A stretch of 40,814 nt of DNA from Candidatus Eiseniibacteriota bacterium (lineage in GTDB: Bacteria; Eisenbacteria; RBG-16-71-46; SZUA-252): contig JANMQV010000076.1 of assembly GCA_031370645.1 (NCBI GenBank), forward strand, positions 1 to 40,814. The letters run 5' to 3'. Under the pieces are notes generated by a model. That model worked only from the letters and a program-made list of their open reading frames with translations, did no database searches and was not told the DNA's origin. A program made the position numbers and the translations under genes. Positions 1 to 8,415 of this stretch are shown here, piece after piece. Numbering within the stretch: position 1 is the stretch's first letter; every line of letters starts with the position of its first letter.

Positions 1-3000
1 CGCGGCGACGTAGACGCGGCCGCTTCCCCCCGCGAGCCCCAAGTCCATGCGCATGTTGGCGGCGGCCGGCGTGTCGCGCTTGCTGATGATGGCGCGCCAG
101 TCGGCGTAGTTCGCGGGATTCACCCACGCGGAGAACGTGAAAGGGACATTCGGAACATCGATGGTCCGGCCCAGAACGACGCGCGGGTCGTTGCCGTCGT
201 TGCCGTCGTCGCTCGCATTGAAGGACAGCGCGTTGCCGTACTTGCCCGCGACCCACGTGGGGGAGTTCGTCAGCGTGCCGGTGAAGCCGTTTCCGGAGAG
301 ATCCGCCGTCGTCGTTCCGGAGCCTTCATCGAGCGGGTAGCTGGCCTTCAGGTCCAACGCGAGCGGAGGCATGATCGGAGTCGTGGCGCTCAGCGGCGGG
401 GCCGAAGGGGCGGACGTATTATTTGCGGCGTCGAAGGCATCGACGGTATAGAGATAGGTCGTCGACCCGCTCAAGCCGGTGTTGCTAGTGGCAGGCACCG
501 TCGTCGTCGCGATCAGGTTGCCGTCACGATAGAGATGGTAGCCGGTCACGCCCACATTGTCGGTCGAGACGTTCCACGTGAGATCGATTCGCGAGAAGGA
601 GACGATGTTCGCCGCGAGTCCGGTCGGCGTGTTCGGCGGCGTGACGTCGGCCGAGACGGTGGCGCTCGCCTGGTTGGACGACGAACTCGTGTTCCCGCCG
701 GCGTCGCGCGCCTGCACCTTGTAGAAATAGGTGCCCGCCGGAACGCCCGCATCGACGTAATTCGTCACCGCGACCGCCCCAACCTTGGTGGCGGGCGACG
801 GCGTGAAGCCGGACGAGGCCGATCGATGGATGTCATACGCGACCACGCCGACGTTGTCGGTCGATCCGGTCCACGCGAGGCTGGCCGATCCGACCGACCC
901 GGTGGCGGTCAGATTGGTCGGCGCGGTCGGCGCCGACAAGTCCTCGGCGGGAGTCGGGAAGCGAATGAACTTCGCCACCGAAGGGACACCGTTCGTATCC
1001 ACAATGAAGAGCATGTACGTTCCGGGCGGAACAACATTCCGACTCGTGGGGGTCTGCACCGTGAGACCACCGCTCACAACCTGGAACGAAAGCGGAACGT
1101 AGCGCTGCTCCGTGTTGATCGCATGCGTCACCGAGCCGAGCCGGATCAGCGACACCTTCGCGATGCGTCCGCCGTCGGGAGTCGTGACCGCGAAACTCGT
1201 CCCGTAATCCGTCGTCGCGGGCGCCGCGGTGATCGTCGGACGCGGACCCTTGAAGAGGTAGGGAGGGGAATAGAACTCGCCGCTCAACTGACTCGGGCCG
1301 AATCGCCCTCCTCCCGCGGAGAGGACGCGGCCGTCCGCCAGAAGAAGCGCGGTCGAGTGATAGAGGCGAGGGGTCACATTGCCGGCCAGCGTTGTGTACG
1401 TCTCGGCGCTCGGCGACCAAAGCTCCGCCTCGAATACGGCGCCCGACTGATCGAATACGTTCGAATTGCGGGACCCGCCTGTCACGAGCACGTTTCCATC
1501 CGGCAAGATCGTGAGGTTGTGTTGGGTTCTCGGGAACGCCATCGGGGCGGTCTGACGCCAGGACGACGGCGATGTCGTCATGTCGAGAACATGCGTCGAG
1601 GCGTTCGCGGGCAAGGCCGGGTAGTCGGCGTTGATCGCCGCGCCGGATTTCATGAACTTCCCGGGCAGATACATGACCGTTGAGCCGCCGTCGATGACGT
1701 TCGGATCTACCGTGGTCCACGTCTGCGTATTGATGTCGAGCTCGAAGGTCGCGATCGGGTCTTCCTGAGTGCTCGTGGCGAGGATCTTACCGTCCGGCAG
1801 CAGGAACATGTGGGGGTAGATCGGGAGATTCTTGACGGCGCCGTTGAGCTGCGACCACGTGTTCGTGACGGGATTGTAAATTTCGGGGATATCGGCGACG
1901 CCGGCGTCCGGGGACCCGGGAAACTTGCAGTCGGGGCAGTTGATCGCGCCAGAAACCGTGAGCACGCGGCCGTCCGAGAGCGTGATCGTCGTCGGATACC
2001 AGCGCGCGTACGTCATGGGGGCAACGGCTGCCCAGGTCTTCGTCGCCGGCGAGAACAGCACGGTCGAGTTGATACCCACGTACGCCGCGGCATGCCCGCC
2101 ATTCACCAAAATGCGGCCGTCGGGAAGCGCGGTATGACCGGAGCAGAACAGATTCGCCGCATTGTAGGTCACCGGCGTAAAGGTCCCGGTCGTCGGGTCA
2201 TAAACGTGCGCGCCGCCGTCCGTCGTGTGGTCATCCCACGTCAGGAAATTGCCGTCTGACATATAGCTAAGGTGCACGGCAACGTTGGGCCAAACGACCG
2301 GAGCCGTCCATTGGCCGACAAGGGCGGGATCGTTCGGATTCAGGTTCGAGACGGTGACCGGCACCCCAACCGAGGTCGTCTGATTCCCGGCCGCGTCCCG
2401 TGCCACTGCGGTGAGCGTGTAGGGGCCGTTCGGGAAGCTCGTGGTGTTGAGCGAGACGCTATACGGCGCCGTCGTGTCCTCGGGGATGATGTTCACGGCG
2501 CCGATTCGGAACTGAACCCCGAATACGCCAGAATTATCGCCGGCGTTGGCCGTGAGCGTCACGGTTCCCGACAGCGTGCTCGATGCCGCGGGCGCCGTGA
2601 TCGAAACCGTCGGGGAAATGGTATCCGCCACGGTCGTGGTGAAGGAAACGGGCGCGGCATCGGTGCCGGGAAGCTTGACGTGATCTTGGTTCACGAGATA
2701 TCCGCCGAGAACGTGAGCGCCGGCGGAAACGGTGACGAATTGATAGGAGCCGTCGAACGTGATGTCCATGACGTCGGGATTGCCGTCGAGCGTGAAGTGG
2801 ACATGGTCGACGCCCGTGAGATTCCCCGCCGCCACATACGAGACGTTCACGGTCGTCCCGCTGATCGTCGAACCGCCGGTGGGCTGCGTGATCGTCAACG
2901 TCGGCGGATTCGAAACCGTGACGGCTACCACGGCGCTCGTCGCGAAATTCCCCGTCGCGTCCCTCGCTACGGCCGTCAGGGTGTGGGCGCCGTCGGACGT

Positions 3001-5469
3001 GAGCGCCGAGTTCCAGACCGTGGAGAAGGGAGCAACGGTGTCTTCCGCTCCGAGGTTGGCTCCGTCGATTCGGAACTGAACGCCGGCCACGACGATGTTG
3101 TCCGTCGCGTTGGCGCTGACGGTCACGCCGGAACCCGACACGGCTCCCGCGGCCGGGGCCGTGAGCGAAACCACCGGCGCTTCCGAGTCGGGAGCGCCGG
3201 CCGGGGTATTCATATCGGTTTGGATCTCGCCGGCGGTCAGGGCGCGGTCGTAGAGCCGAATGTCGTCGAGCAGACCCTTGTAGGGATCGTTGTCTCCACC
3301 GGCCCCTTCTCCGGTGCCGCCGATCACCGTGTTGGCGTTCGTGCCGGTGCCGAGCGTGATCGCGGCGAGCGTCTCCCGGAGGGTACCGTTGACGTAGAGC
3401 TTCGTCCCTCCGGCATCCGCCACCACGGCAAGGTGAGTCCAGGTGTTCAACGTCGGGCTGTAAAGGAACGATCGGATCGCCGTCCCGGCGGCGAGATAGA
3501 CGCGGCCGCTTCCTCCGGAGAGTCCGAGGTCGAGTCGCATGTTCGAAGCGGCCGGGGAATCGCGCTTGCTGATGATGGCGCGCCAATCCGCGTAGCTCGC
3601 CGGATCGACCCAGGCTTCGAAGGTCAGAGGAAGATTCGGGATCGCGAACGTGCGGCCCAGTACCACGCGAGGGTCGTTGGCATCGTTGCCGTCGTCCGTC
3701 GCGTTAAAGGAGAGGGCATTGCCGTACTTCCCGGCAACCCACGTGGGTCCATTCGTCAGCGTTCCGGTCAAGCCGTGACCCGAGAGGTCGGCCGTGATCG
3801 TGCCCGCTCCCTCGTCGAACGCGTACGTGGCCAGCGTGGTGTTGGTGTTCGCCACGGTGACCGACACGCTCGCCGAGGTCGTATGATTTCCGGCGGCATC
3901 CCGCGCCACCGCCATGAGGGCCTGAGTGCCGTTCGGAACGCTCGTGGTGTTGAAGGAAACGCTGAACGGCGCCGTCGTGTCTTCGGGAGTGATGTTGAGA
4001 GCGCCGACTCGGAACTGCACTCCAACGACACCGGTGTCGTCCCCGGCATTCGCGGTGATGGTGACGATCCCTGAGAGCGAGCTCAACGCCGCAGGCGAGG
4101 TGATGGAAACCGTCGGTGGGATCGTATCGGGCGCCGTCGTCGTGAAGGAGATGGGCGCCGCGTCGGTGCCGAGGATTTTCGAGTGATTGGCGCGAACGAG
4201 GAATCCGTTCAGGACATGAGACCCGGCGGCGACATTCGTGAGTTGATACGAGCCGTCGAACGTGAGGTCCATCACCTGAGGATTCGCATCGAGCACGAAG
4301 TGGACGTGATCGACGCCGGTGAGATTTCCGCCGGCGACGTAGGAGACGTTGACGGTGGATCCGCCGATCGTCGAGCCGCCCGTGGGTTGTGTGATGCTCA
4401 AGGTGGGTGGATTCGAGACGGTGACAACGAGCCCGGCACTCGTCGTGCTGTTGCCCGCTGCGTCCCGAGCGACCGCCGTCAGCGTATGGGAGCCGTCGCT
4501 CGCGGACACCGAATTCCATACGATCGAGTAGGGCGCGACCGTGTCTTCCGCTCCGAGAGCGGCTCCGTCGAGCTGGAACTGGACCCCCACCACGGCGATG
4601 TTGTCGGAGGCGTTGGCGCTCACCGTCACGCTCGAGCCGGAAACGCTGCCCGCTGCCGGCGCCGTGAGCGAGACCCCCGGGGGCGTCTGATCCGGCGTGC
4701 CCGCCGGCGTGTTCATGTCCGCCTGAATTTCGGTCTGCGTTAGCGCCCGGTCGTAGAGACGCAAATCGTCGAGGAGCCCCTTGTACGGATCGTTGTCTCC
4801 GCCGGCGCCCTCGCCCGTGCCGCCGATCACCGTATTCGCGTTCGTGCCGGTGCCGAGCGTGATCGCGGCGATCGTTTCGCGGAGGGTGCCGTTGACGTAG
4901 AGCTTCGTCCCCGCGGCGTCCGCCACCACGGCGAGGTGCGTCCAGGTGTTGAGGGTCGGGCTGTAGAGGAACGACCGGAAGGTGGCGCCTGTCGCGACAT
5001 AGACGCGACCGCTCCCGCCGGCGAGCCCCACATCGAGGCGCATGGCGGAAGCCGAGGAAGCATCGCGCTTGCTAAGGATGGCGCGCCAATCGGCATAGCT
5101 CGCGGGATTGACCCAGGCTTCGAACGTCAGGGGCAGATTCGGGACGACGAACGTCCGGCCTAGAACAACGCGCGGATCGTTCGAATCGTTGCCGTCATCG
5201 CTCGCGTTGAACGAGAGGGCGTTGCCGTACTTTCCGGCGGTCCATGTCGGTCCGTTCGTGAGCGTGCCGTTGTTCCCGCTGCCGGAGAGATCGGCCGTGA
5301 ACGTCCCGGATCCCTCATCGAAGGCATAGGTGGCGATGGGGCTGACCGCGGCGAAAAGAGGGGCCGGAGCCGCCGCGAACACAAAAAGCTCCGTGAGGAG
5401 TAGGAGGCGAATGAAATTCTTACAAAGGGACCAACTCAATGGGGGGGAATTGGCCCCGCGATGCGACAC
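1..5469 (-). CDS. Giant secreted multidomain protein, truncated by the window edge (1,823 codons visible): signal peptide, [LamG-Ig-Ig-Ig]x2, galactose-oxidase-like copper radical oxidase (kelch + DUF1929-like Ig), FN3 x2, LamG...
   Basis: Absent from the ORF track because its stop lies outside the window. GTG at 5469 follows AGGAGG (5475-5480). Manual translation starts MSHRGANSPPLSWSLCKNFIRLLLLTELFVFAAAPAPLFAAVSPIATYAFDEGSG. LamG motifs: TFEAWVNP, WTHLAVV, YVNG, DDLRLYDRAL. Big_7-type Ig: VVGVQF, HTLTAVARDAAGN. Oxidase motifs: NLFCSGH, RWYPT, RLYHST, VTHAIN. The same frame reads NMRMDLGLAGGSGRVYVAA at position 1. I did not check every internal codon. Confidence 0.92.
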   Translation of the reverse strand, partial: MSHRGANSPPLSWSLCKNFIRLLLLTELFVFAAAPAPLFAAVSPIATYAFDEGSGTFTADLSGSGNNGTLTNGPTWTAGKYGNALSFNASDDGNDSNDPRVVLGRTFVVPNLPLTFEAWVNPASYADWRAILSKRDASSASAMRLDVGLAGGSGRVYVATGATFRSFLYSPTLNTWTHLAVVADAAGTKLYVNGTLRETIAAITLGTGTNANTVIGGTGEGAGGDNDPYKGLLDDLRLYDRALTQTEIQADMNTPAGTPDQTPPGVSLTAPAAGSVSGSSVTVSANASDNIAVVGVQFQLDGAALGAEDTVAPYSIVWNSVSASDGSHTLTAVARDAAGNSTTSAGLVVTVSNPPTLSITQPTGGSTIGGSTVNVSYVAGGNLTGVDHVHFVLDANPQVMDLTFDGSYQLTNVAAGSHVLNGFLVRANHSKILGTDAAPISFTTTAPDTIPPTVSITSPAALSSLSGIVTITANAGDDTGVVGVQFRVGALNITPEDTTAPFSVSFNTTSVPNGTQALMAVARDAAGNHTTSASVSVTVANTNTTLATYAFDEGAGTITADLSGHGLTGTLTNGPTWVAGKYGNALSFNATDDGNDANDPRVVLGRTFAIPNLPLTFEAWVDPASYADWRAIISKRDSPAASNMRLDLGLSGGSGRVYLAAGTAIRSFLYSPTLNTWTHLAVVADAGGTKLYVNGTLRETLAAITLGTGTNANTVIGGTGEGAGGDNDPYKGLLDDIRLYDRALTAGEIQTDMNTPAGAPDSEAPVVSLTAPAAGAVSGSGVTVSANATDNIVVAGVQFRIDGANLGAEDTVAPFSTVWNSALTSDGAHTLTAVARDATGNFATSAVVAVTVSNPPTLTITQPTGGSTISGTTVNVSYVAAGNLTGVDHVHFTLDGNPDVMDITFDGSYQFVTVSAGAHVLGGYLVNQDHVKLPGTDAAPVSFTTTVADTISPTVSITAPAASSTLSGTVTLTANAGDNSGVFGVQFRIGAVNIIPEDTTAPYSVSLNTTSFPNGPYTLTAVARDAAGNQTTSVGVPVTVSNLNPNDPALVGQWTAPVVWPNVAVHLSYMSDGNFLTWDDHTTDGGAHVYDPTTGTFTPVTYNAANLFCSGHTALPDGRILVNGGHAAAYVGINSTVLFSPATKTWAAVAPMTYARWYPTTITLSDGRVLTVSGAINCPDCKFPGSPDAGVADIPEIYNPVTNTWSQLNGAVKNLPIYPHMFLLPDGKILATSTQEDPIATFELDINTQTWTTVDPNVIDGGSTVMYLPGKFMKSGAAINADYPALPANASTHVLDMTTSPSSWRQTAPMAFPRTQHNLTILPDGNVLVTGGSRNSNVFDQSGAVFEAELWSPSAETYTTLAGNVTPRLYHSTALLLADGRVLSAGGGRFGPSQLSGEFYSPPYLFKGPRPTITAAPATTDYGTSFAVTTPDGGRIAKVSLIRLGSVTHAINTEQRYVPLSFQVVSGGLTVQTPTSRNVVPPGTYMLFIVDTNGVPSVAKFIRFPTPAEDLSAPTAPTNLTATGSVGSASLAWTGSTDNVGVVAYDIHRSASSGFTPSPATKVGAVAVTNYVDAGVPAGTYFYKVQARDAGGNTSSSSNQASATVSADVTPPNTPTGLAANIVSFSRIDLTWNVSTDNVGVTGYHLYRDGNLIATTTVPATSNTGLSGSTTYLYTVDAFDAANNTSAPSAPPLSATTPIMPPLALDLKASYPLDEGSGTTTADLSGNGFTGTLTNSPTWVAGKYGNALSFNASDDGNDGNDPRVVLGRTIDVPNVPFTFSAWVNPANYADWRAIISKRDTPAAANMRMDLGLAGGSGRVYVAA
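2345..5340 (-). repeat. Intragenic tandem duplication of a ~1,503-bp (501-codon) LamG + 3 Ig module
   Basis: Homologous landmarks are offset by 1503 nt (e.g. tcgaaggcataggtggc at 5318 vs tcgaacgcgtacgtggc at 3815). Peptides are near-identical (GPTWxAGKYGNALSFNA, GVDHVHFxLD). A third LamG copy lies at 1-350. Confidence 0.9.
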
Positions 5470-5528
5470 CGGCACCTCCTAGCGTAGCTCGCCCGCTAGC
5501 AGCTCCCAGCGGGGCCCAAGCATGAGGA

Positions 5529-5558
5529 ATTATACCTTATTTACCCTCCTATTTTCAA
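5529..5558 (-). promoter_or_regulatory. Sigma-70-type promoter of the giant secreted protein gene
   Basis: Minus strand reads TTGAAA-N18-TATAAT in an AT-rich patch about 60 nt upstream of the GTG start. Confidence 0.7.
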
Positions 5559-5591
5559 TGCTGGCGGGCGCCAGCACACCGCCGGCAACCT

Positions 5592-5608
5592 ACTGACAAA
5601 ACGTCAGT
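5592..5608. promoter_or_regulatory. Palindrome ACTGAC-N5-GTCAGT, candidate transcription factor site
   Basis: actgacaaaacgtcagt lies about 35 nt upstream of the -35 box. The same CTGAC-N5-GTCAG core recurs at 6972-6986. Confidence 0.4.
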
Positions 5609-5631
5609 TCCGGGCACACCCGGGGGGCCGG

Positions 5632-6939
5632 TTACCCCCGATCGGCCAGCGGCACGTACATCCGTTTCGGCGAGCCCACATAAACTTGGCGCGGGCGGGA
5701 AATACGGAAGTCCGTGTCGCGCCGCATTTCGAGCCACTGCGCGACCCAGCCCGGGAGCCGTCCCAGCGTGAACATCACCGTGAACATGTTCACGGGAATG
5801 CCAAGCGCCTTGTAAATCACGCCCGAGTAGAAGTCGACGTTGGGATAGAGCTTCCGGCTCACGAAGTACTCGTCGTGGAGCGCGACCTCCTCCAAACGCA
5901 TCGCGATCTCGAGAAGTTGGTTCGAGCCGCCCACCCGTTGGAGCACCTCGCCACACGACTTTTTGAGAATCGCCGCGCGCGGGTCGTAGCTCTTGTAGAC
6001 GCGGTGACCGAAGCCCATGAGCCTCGTCGTGTCGTTCTTGTCCTTGGCCTTCGCCAGGAATTTGTCGGCGGTCCCTTCTTCGATCTGAATCCGCTCGAGC
6101 ATTTCGATGACCTGCTGGTTCGCGCCGCCGTGGAGCGGCCCCCAGAGCGCGCTGATGCCGGCGGCAATGCTCGCGTAGAGATTCGCCATGGAGCTGCCGA
6201 CCATGCGCACGGTGCTGGTCGAGCAATTCTGCTCGTGATCGGCATGGAGAATCAGGAGCAGGTTGATCGCGCGGGCGAGGACCGGGTCGACTTCGTACTC
6301 CTCGCACGGCACCGCGAACATCATCCGCAGGAAGTTGGACGCGTAATCGAGCCGGTTCATCGGGTAGTTGAACGGCTGCCCGATCGAGTGCTTGTAGGAG
6401 TAGGCCGCGATGGTCGGCATCTTGGCGATCAGGCGGATGATCGTGTCGTGAATCTGCTGATCGCTCTCCGGTTGCTGATAAAACGTGGCCAGCGCCCCGA
6501 CCGCGGCGGCGCAGACGGGCATCGGATGAGCGTCCTTCGGGAGCGAATCGAAGAACGGGACGAAGTCCTCGTGCAGCATGGTGTGGCGGGTCACTTCGCG
6601 CGCGAATCCCTCGAGCTCCGCGTTGGTCGGAAGCTCGCCGTAGATGAGGAGCCAGGCAACTTCGAGGAAGGTGCTCTTCGCCGCCAGCTCGTCGATCGGG
6701 TAGCCCCGGTAGCGCAGGATGCCCTTCTCACCGTCGATGAACGTGATCGCGCTCTTGCAGGAGCCGGTATTGGCGAAGCCGGGATCGAGCGTGATGGCGC
6801 CCGTGGCGGCCCGGAGCTTCTGAATATCGATCGCGGTCTCATTCTCGGTGCCGACGATGAGAGGGAGTTCGGTCGTGATCCCGTCGATGGATAGCGTGGC
6901 GGTTCGGGCGCGCTTCGGTTCTTCGAGTTTGGTCGTCAT
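5632..6939 (-). CDS. gltA: Citrate synthase (GltA type)
   Basis: Motifs ITFIDGEKGILRYRGYPI, LHADHEQNCSTSTVR, LWGPLHGGAN, LMGFGHRVYK and YPNVDFYSG. ATG at 6939 preferred; GTG at 6951 is an alternative. Confidence 0.97.
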   Translation of the reverse strand: MTTKLEEPKRARTATLSIDGITTELPLIVGTENETAIDIQKLRAATGAITLDPGFANTGSCKSAITFIDGEKGILRYRGYPIDELAAKSTFLEVAWLLIYGELPTNAELEGFAREVTRHTMLHEDFVPFFDSLPKDAHPMPVCAAAVGALATFYQQPESDQQIHDTIIRLIAKMPTIAAYSYKHSIGQPFNYPMNRLDYASNFLRMMFAVPCEEYEVDPVLARAINLLLILHADHEQNCSTSTVRMVGSSMANLYASIAAGISALWGPLHGGANQQVIEMLERIQIEEGTADKFLAKAKDKNDTTRLMGFGHRVYKSYDPRAAILKKSCGEVLQRVGGSNQLLEIAMRLEEVALHDEYFVSRKLYPNVDFYSGVIYKALGIPVNMFTVMFTLGRLPGWVAQWLEMRRDTDFRISRPRQVYVGSPKRMYVPLADRG

Positions 6940-6950
6940 TTCAGTCCCCA

Positions 6951-6987
6951 CCTGACAGACGCGCTGGGCGCCTGACAGACTGTCAGG
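6951..6987. promoter_or_regulatory. Palindrome CCTGACAG-A-CTGTCAGG plus a direct-repeat half-site upstream of gltA
   Basis: Perfect 8-bp inverted repeat at 6971-6987. cctgacagac occurs at both 6951-6960 and 6971-6980. Confidence 0.5.
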
Positions 6988-7117
6988 TCCATTGCTGCGC
7001 CGTTGCGCCCCTAGAGGGAAGCGCCCCTTTGCGTTGCCGCCGCTCTGGCATCCTCAGCGTATTTACTATATTCCATTTATGGCAGGAACAGTGCCGGAAG
7101 GCGGGCCTAGCGAAGAA

Positions 7118-8164
7118 CTACGGTGCGCCCCATCCCAGTTCGAGCACTTCGAAATCATCAGCGGTCAGGCTATGAAACGCGGGATTCAACACGTCGTTGT
7201 CCCATGAAGGATCCATCGTTCCCGAGACGTACAGGTCGGTTCCGTTGTCGGCGACGATCAAGCCGTACGTCTTCATGGCCTGGAACATCTTCCGCACATC
7301 GGCGGGGTATCCGCTGATATCGACGGACGCTTTGAGCCGGAGGCGCGTTCCCATCGGCGGCGCTCCGGTCGTGCCGCCGGCTTGATGCGACGCGGGCCAG
7401 ACGTACCCGTTCGTGGCGCGCGTCGTGACGCGGAATGCGTGGGTGATCGCGCCGGCGGCCGCGACTTCATCGTGGCGAACGAGCCCCGGGAAAATTGCGA
7501 GTCCCGCCGCGTCCGCCGAGGTCCAGCCGTCCGGGCGCTGAGCGTTGCTCGACAAATCGAACGTGGCGCCGGAGCCTGCCTCCCAGCGCGCGGCGGCCGC
7601 GTTCCACTTCGTCGCCCAGGTTTCGTACAGGAGGCCACGCTCTCGATCGATGACGATCAGGTGCCGGTCTCCGCTCGACCCACCTCCGGGAAGGGTGCCT
7701 TCGATGAAGTTGGATTGCGTGATCGCGTCGGAAGGAATCGGGTATCCCGGTGGTTCCCCGGGCGCGCCGGCATCGCTCTGACTTCCGTAGGGCGAGAACG
7801 CGACGAGTTGCCGGGCTTGATTCGCGCCGACCCCGACGTACGGAATCCCAAAGGGCGGGGGGCCGAAATCGGGGTGGGCGATTCGCGTGGCGGTGGGATT
7901 CTGCGGGGTCCGTCCACTGATCCAATCGATGAACGCTTGGGAATTCGGATCAACCGGCGCGCTCGAGACGTCGAGATTCCACCAGTTGCTCGCAGGGAAG
8001 ACTTGTCGCGACGAGAAGTCCTCGAGCAGGGCTACGCTGTCGGTTGCGGACGGACCCGGGCCCGGGCCGAGCATCGACTGCGTCGGATTCGAACCCGTCG
8101 AGCAGCCCGCGACCCCAACGAGGGCGGCCGCCAAGGCGGCCATGTTGATTCGCTTCGGCTGCAT
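7118..8164 (-). CDS. Uncharacterised lipoprotein
   Basis: Lipobox VAG-C after a hydrophobic stretch. Conserved-looking core GDRHLIVID..LYE..SGATFDL..RPDGWTSADAAGL..PGLVRHDEV..ITHAFR. Function unknown. Confidence 0.85.
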   Translation of the reverse strand: MQPKRINMAALAAALVGVAGCSTGSNPTQSMLGPGPGPSATDSVALLEDFSSRQVFPASNWWNLDVSSAPVDPNSQAFIDWISGRTPQNPTATRIAHPDFGPPPFGIPYVGVGANQARQLVAFSPYGSQSDAGAPGEPPGYPIPSDAITQSNFIEGTLPGGGSSGDRHLIVIDRERGLLYETWATKWNAAAARWEAGSGATFDLSSNAQRPDGWTSADAAGLAIFPGLVRHDEVAAAGAITHAFRVTTRATNGYVWPASHQAGGTTGAPPMGTRLRLKASVDISGYPADVRKMFQAMKTYGLIVADNGTDLYVSGTMDPSWDNDVLNPAFHSLTADDFEVLELGWGAP

Positions 8165-8353
8165 GAGGGACTTGAACCTGCAAGAATGCGGCCACCCCTA
8201 GGTTCGCGCCCTGCGCCGGTACCCCGGAGGCGGCGCTGCGGAATGCGCGCCAAACCGTGCGAGACGCCGCACCCACAGGTACACGATCGGGCCCGGGCTA
8301 GGCGTATACTGCGCCAGCGCCGGATTCGGCGTGTAATCTTCACGTCCAATCGG

Positions 8354-8369
8354 TGGCATGCCACTTGCA
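8354..8369 (+). promoter_or_regulatory. Sigma-54 (-24/-12) promoter
   Basis: TGGCAT-gccac-TTGCA vs consensus TGGCAC-N5-TTGCW, with exact GG-N10-GC spacing, 46 nt before the ATG at 8416. Confidence 0.75.
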
Positions 8370-8415
8370 TTCCTATACAGGTTCACCCCAGCACGACAAC
8401 GAGGGCACGAACGGC

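Noticed and set aside
1-5340. Repeated LamG/Ig units as a diversity-generating retroelement or CRISPR-like array
   Set aside because: The repeats are in-frame protein domains, there is no reverse transcriptase or cas gene in the window, and there is no repeat-spacer periodicity.
535-5384. Long ORFs in the track, such as 535..1683 (+), 2272..4074 (+), 2534..3586 (-) and 3704..4519 (-)
   Set aside because: Arg-rich antisense or off-frame shadows of the real minus-strand gene 1..5469, expected in high-GC DNA, with no recognisable motifs.
5559-5622. Short hairpins after the gltA stop as an intrinsic terminator
   Set aside because: The stems are short (5-8 bp) and lack a convincing U tract, so the call cannot be supported.
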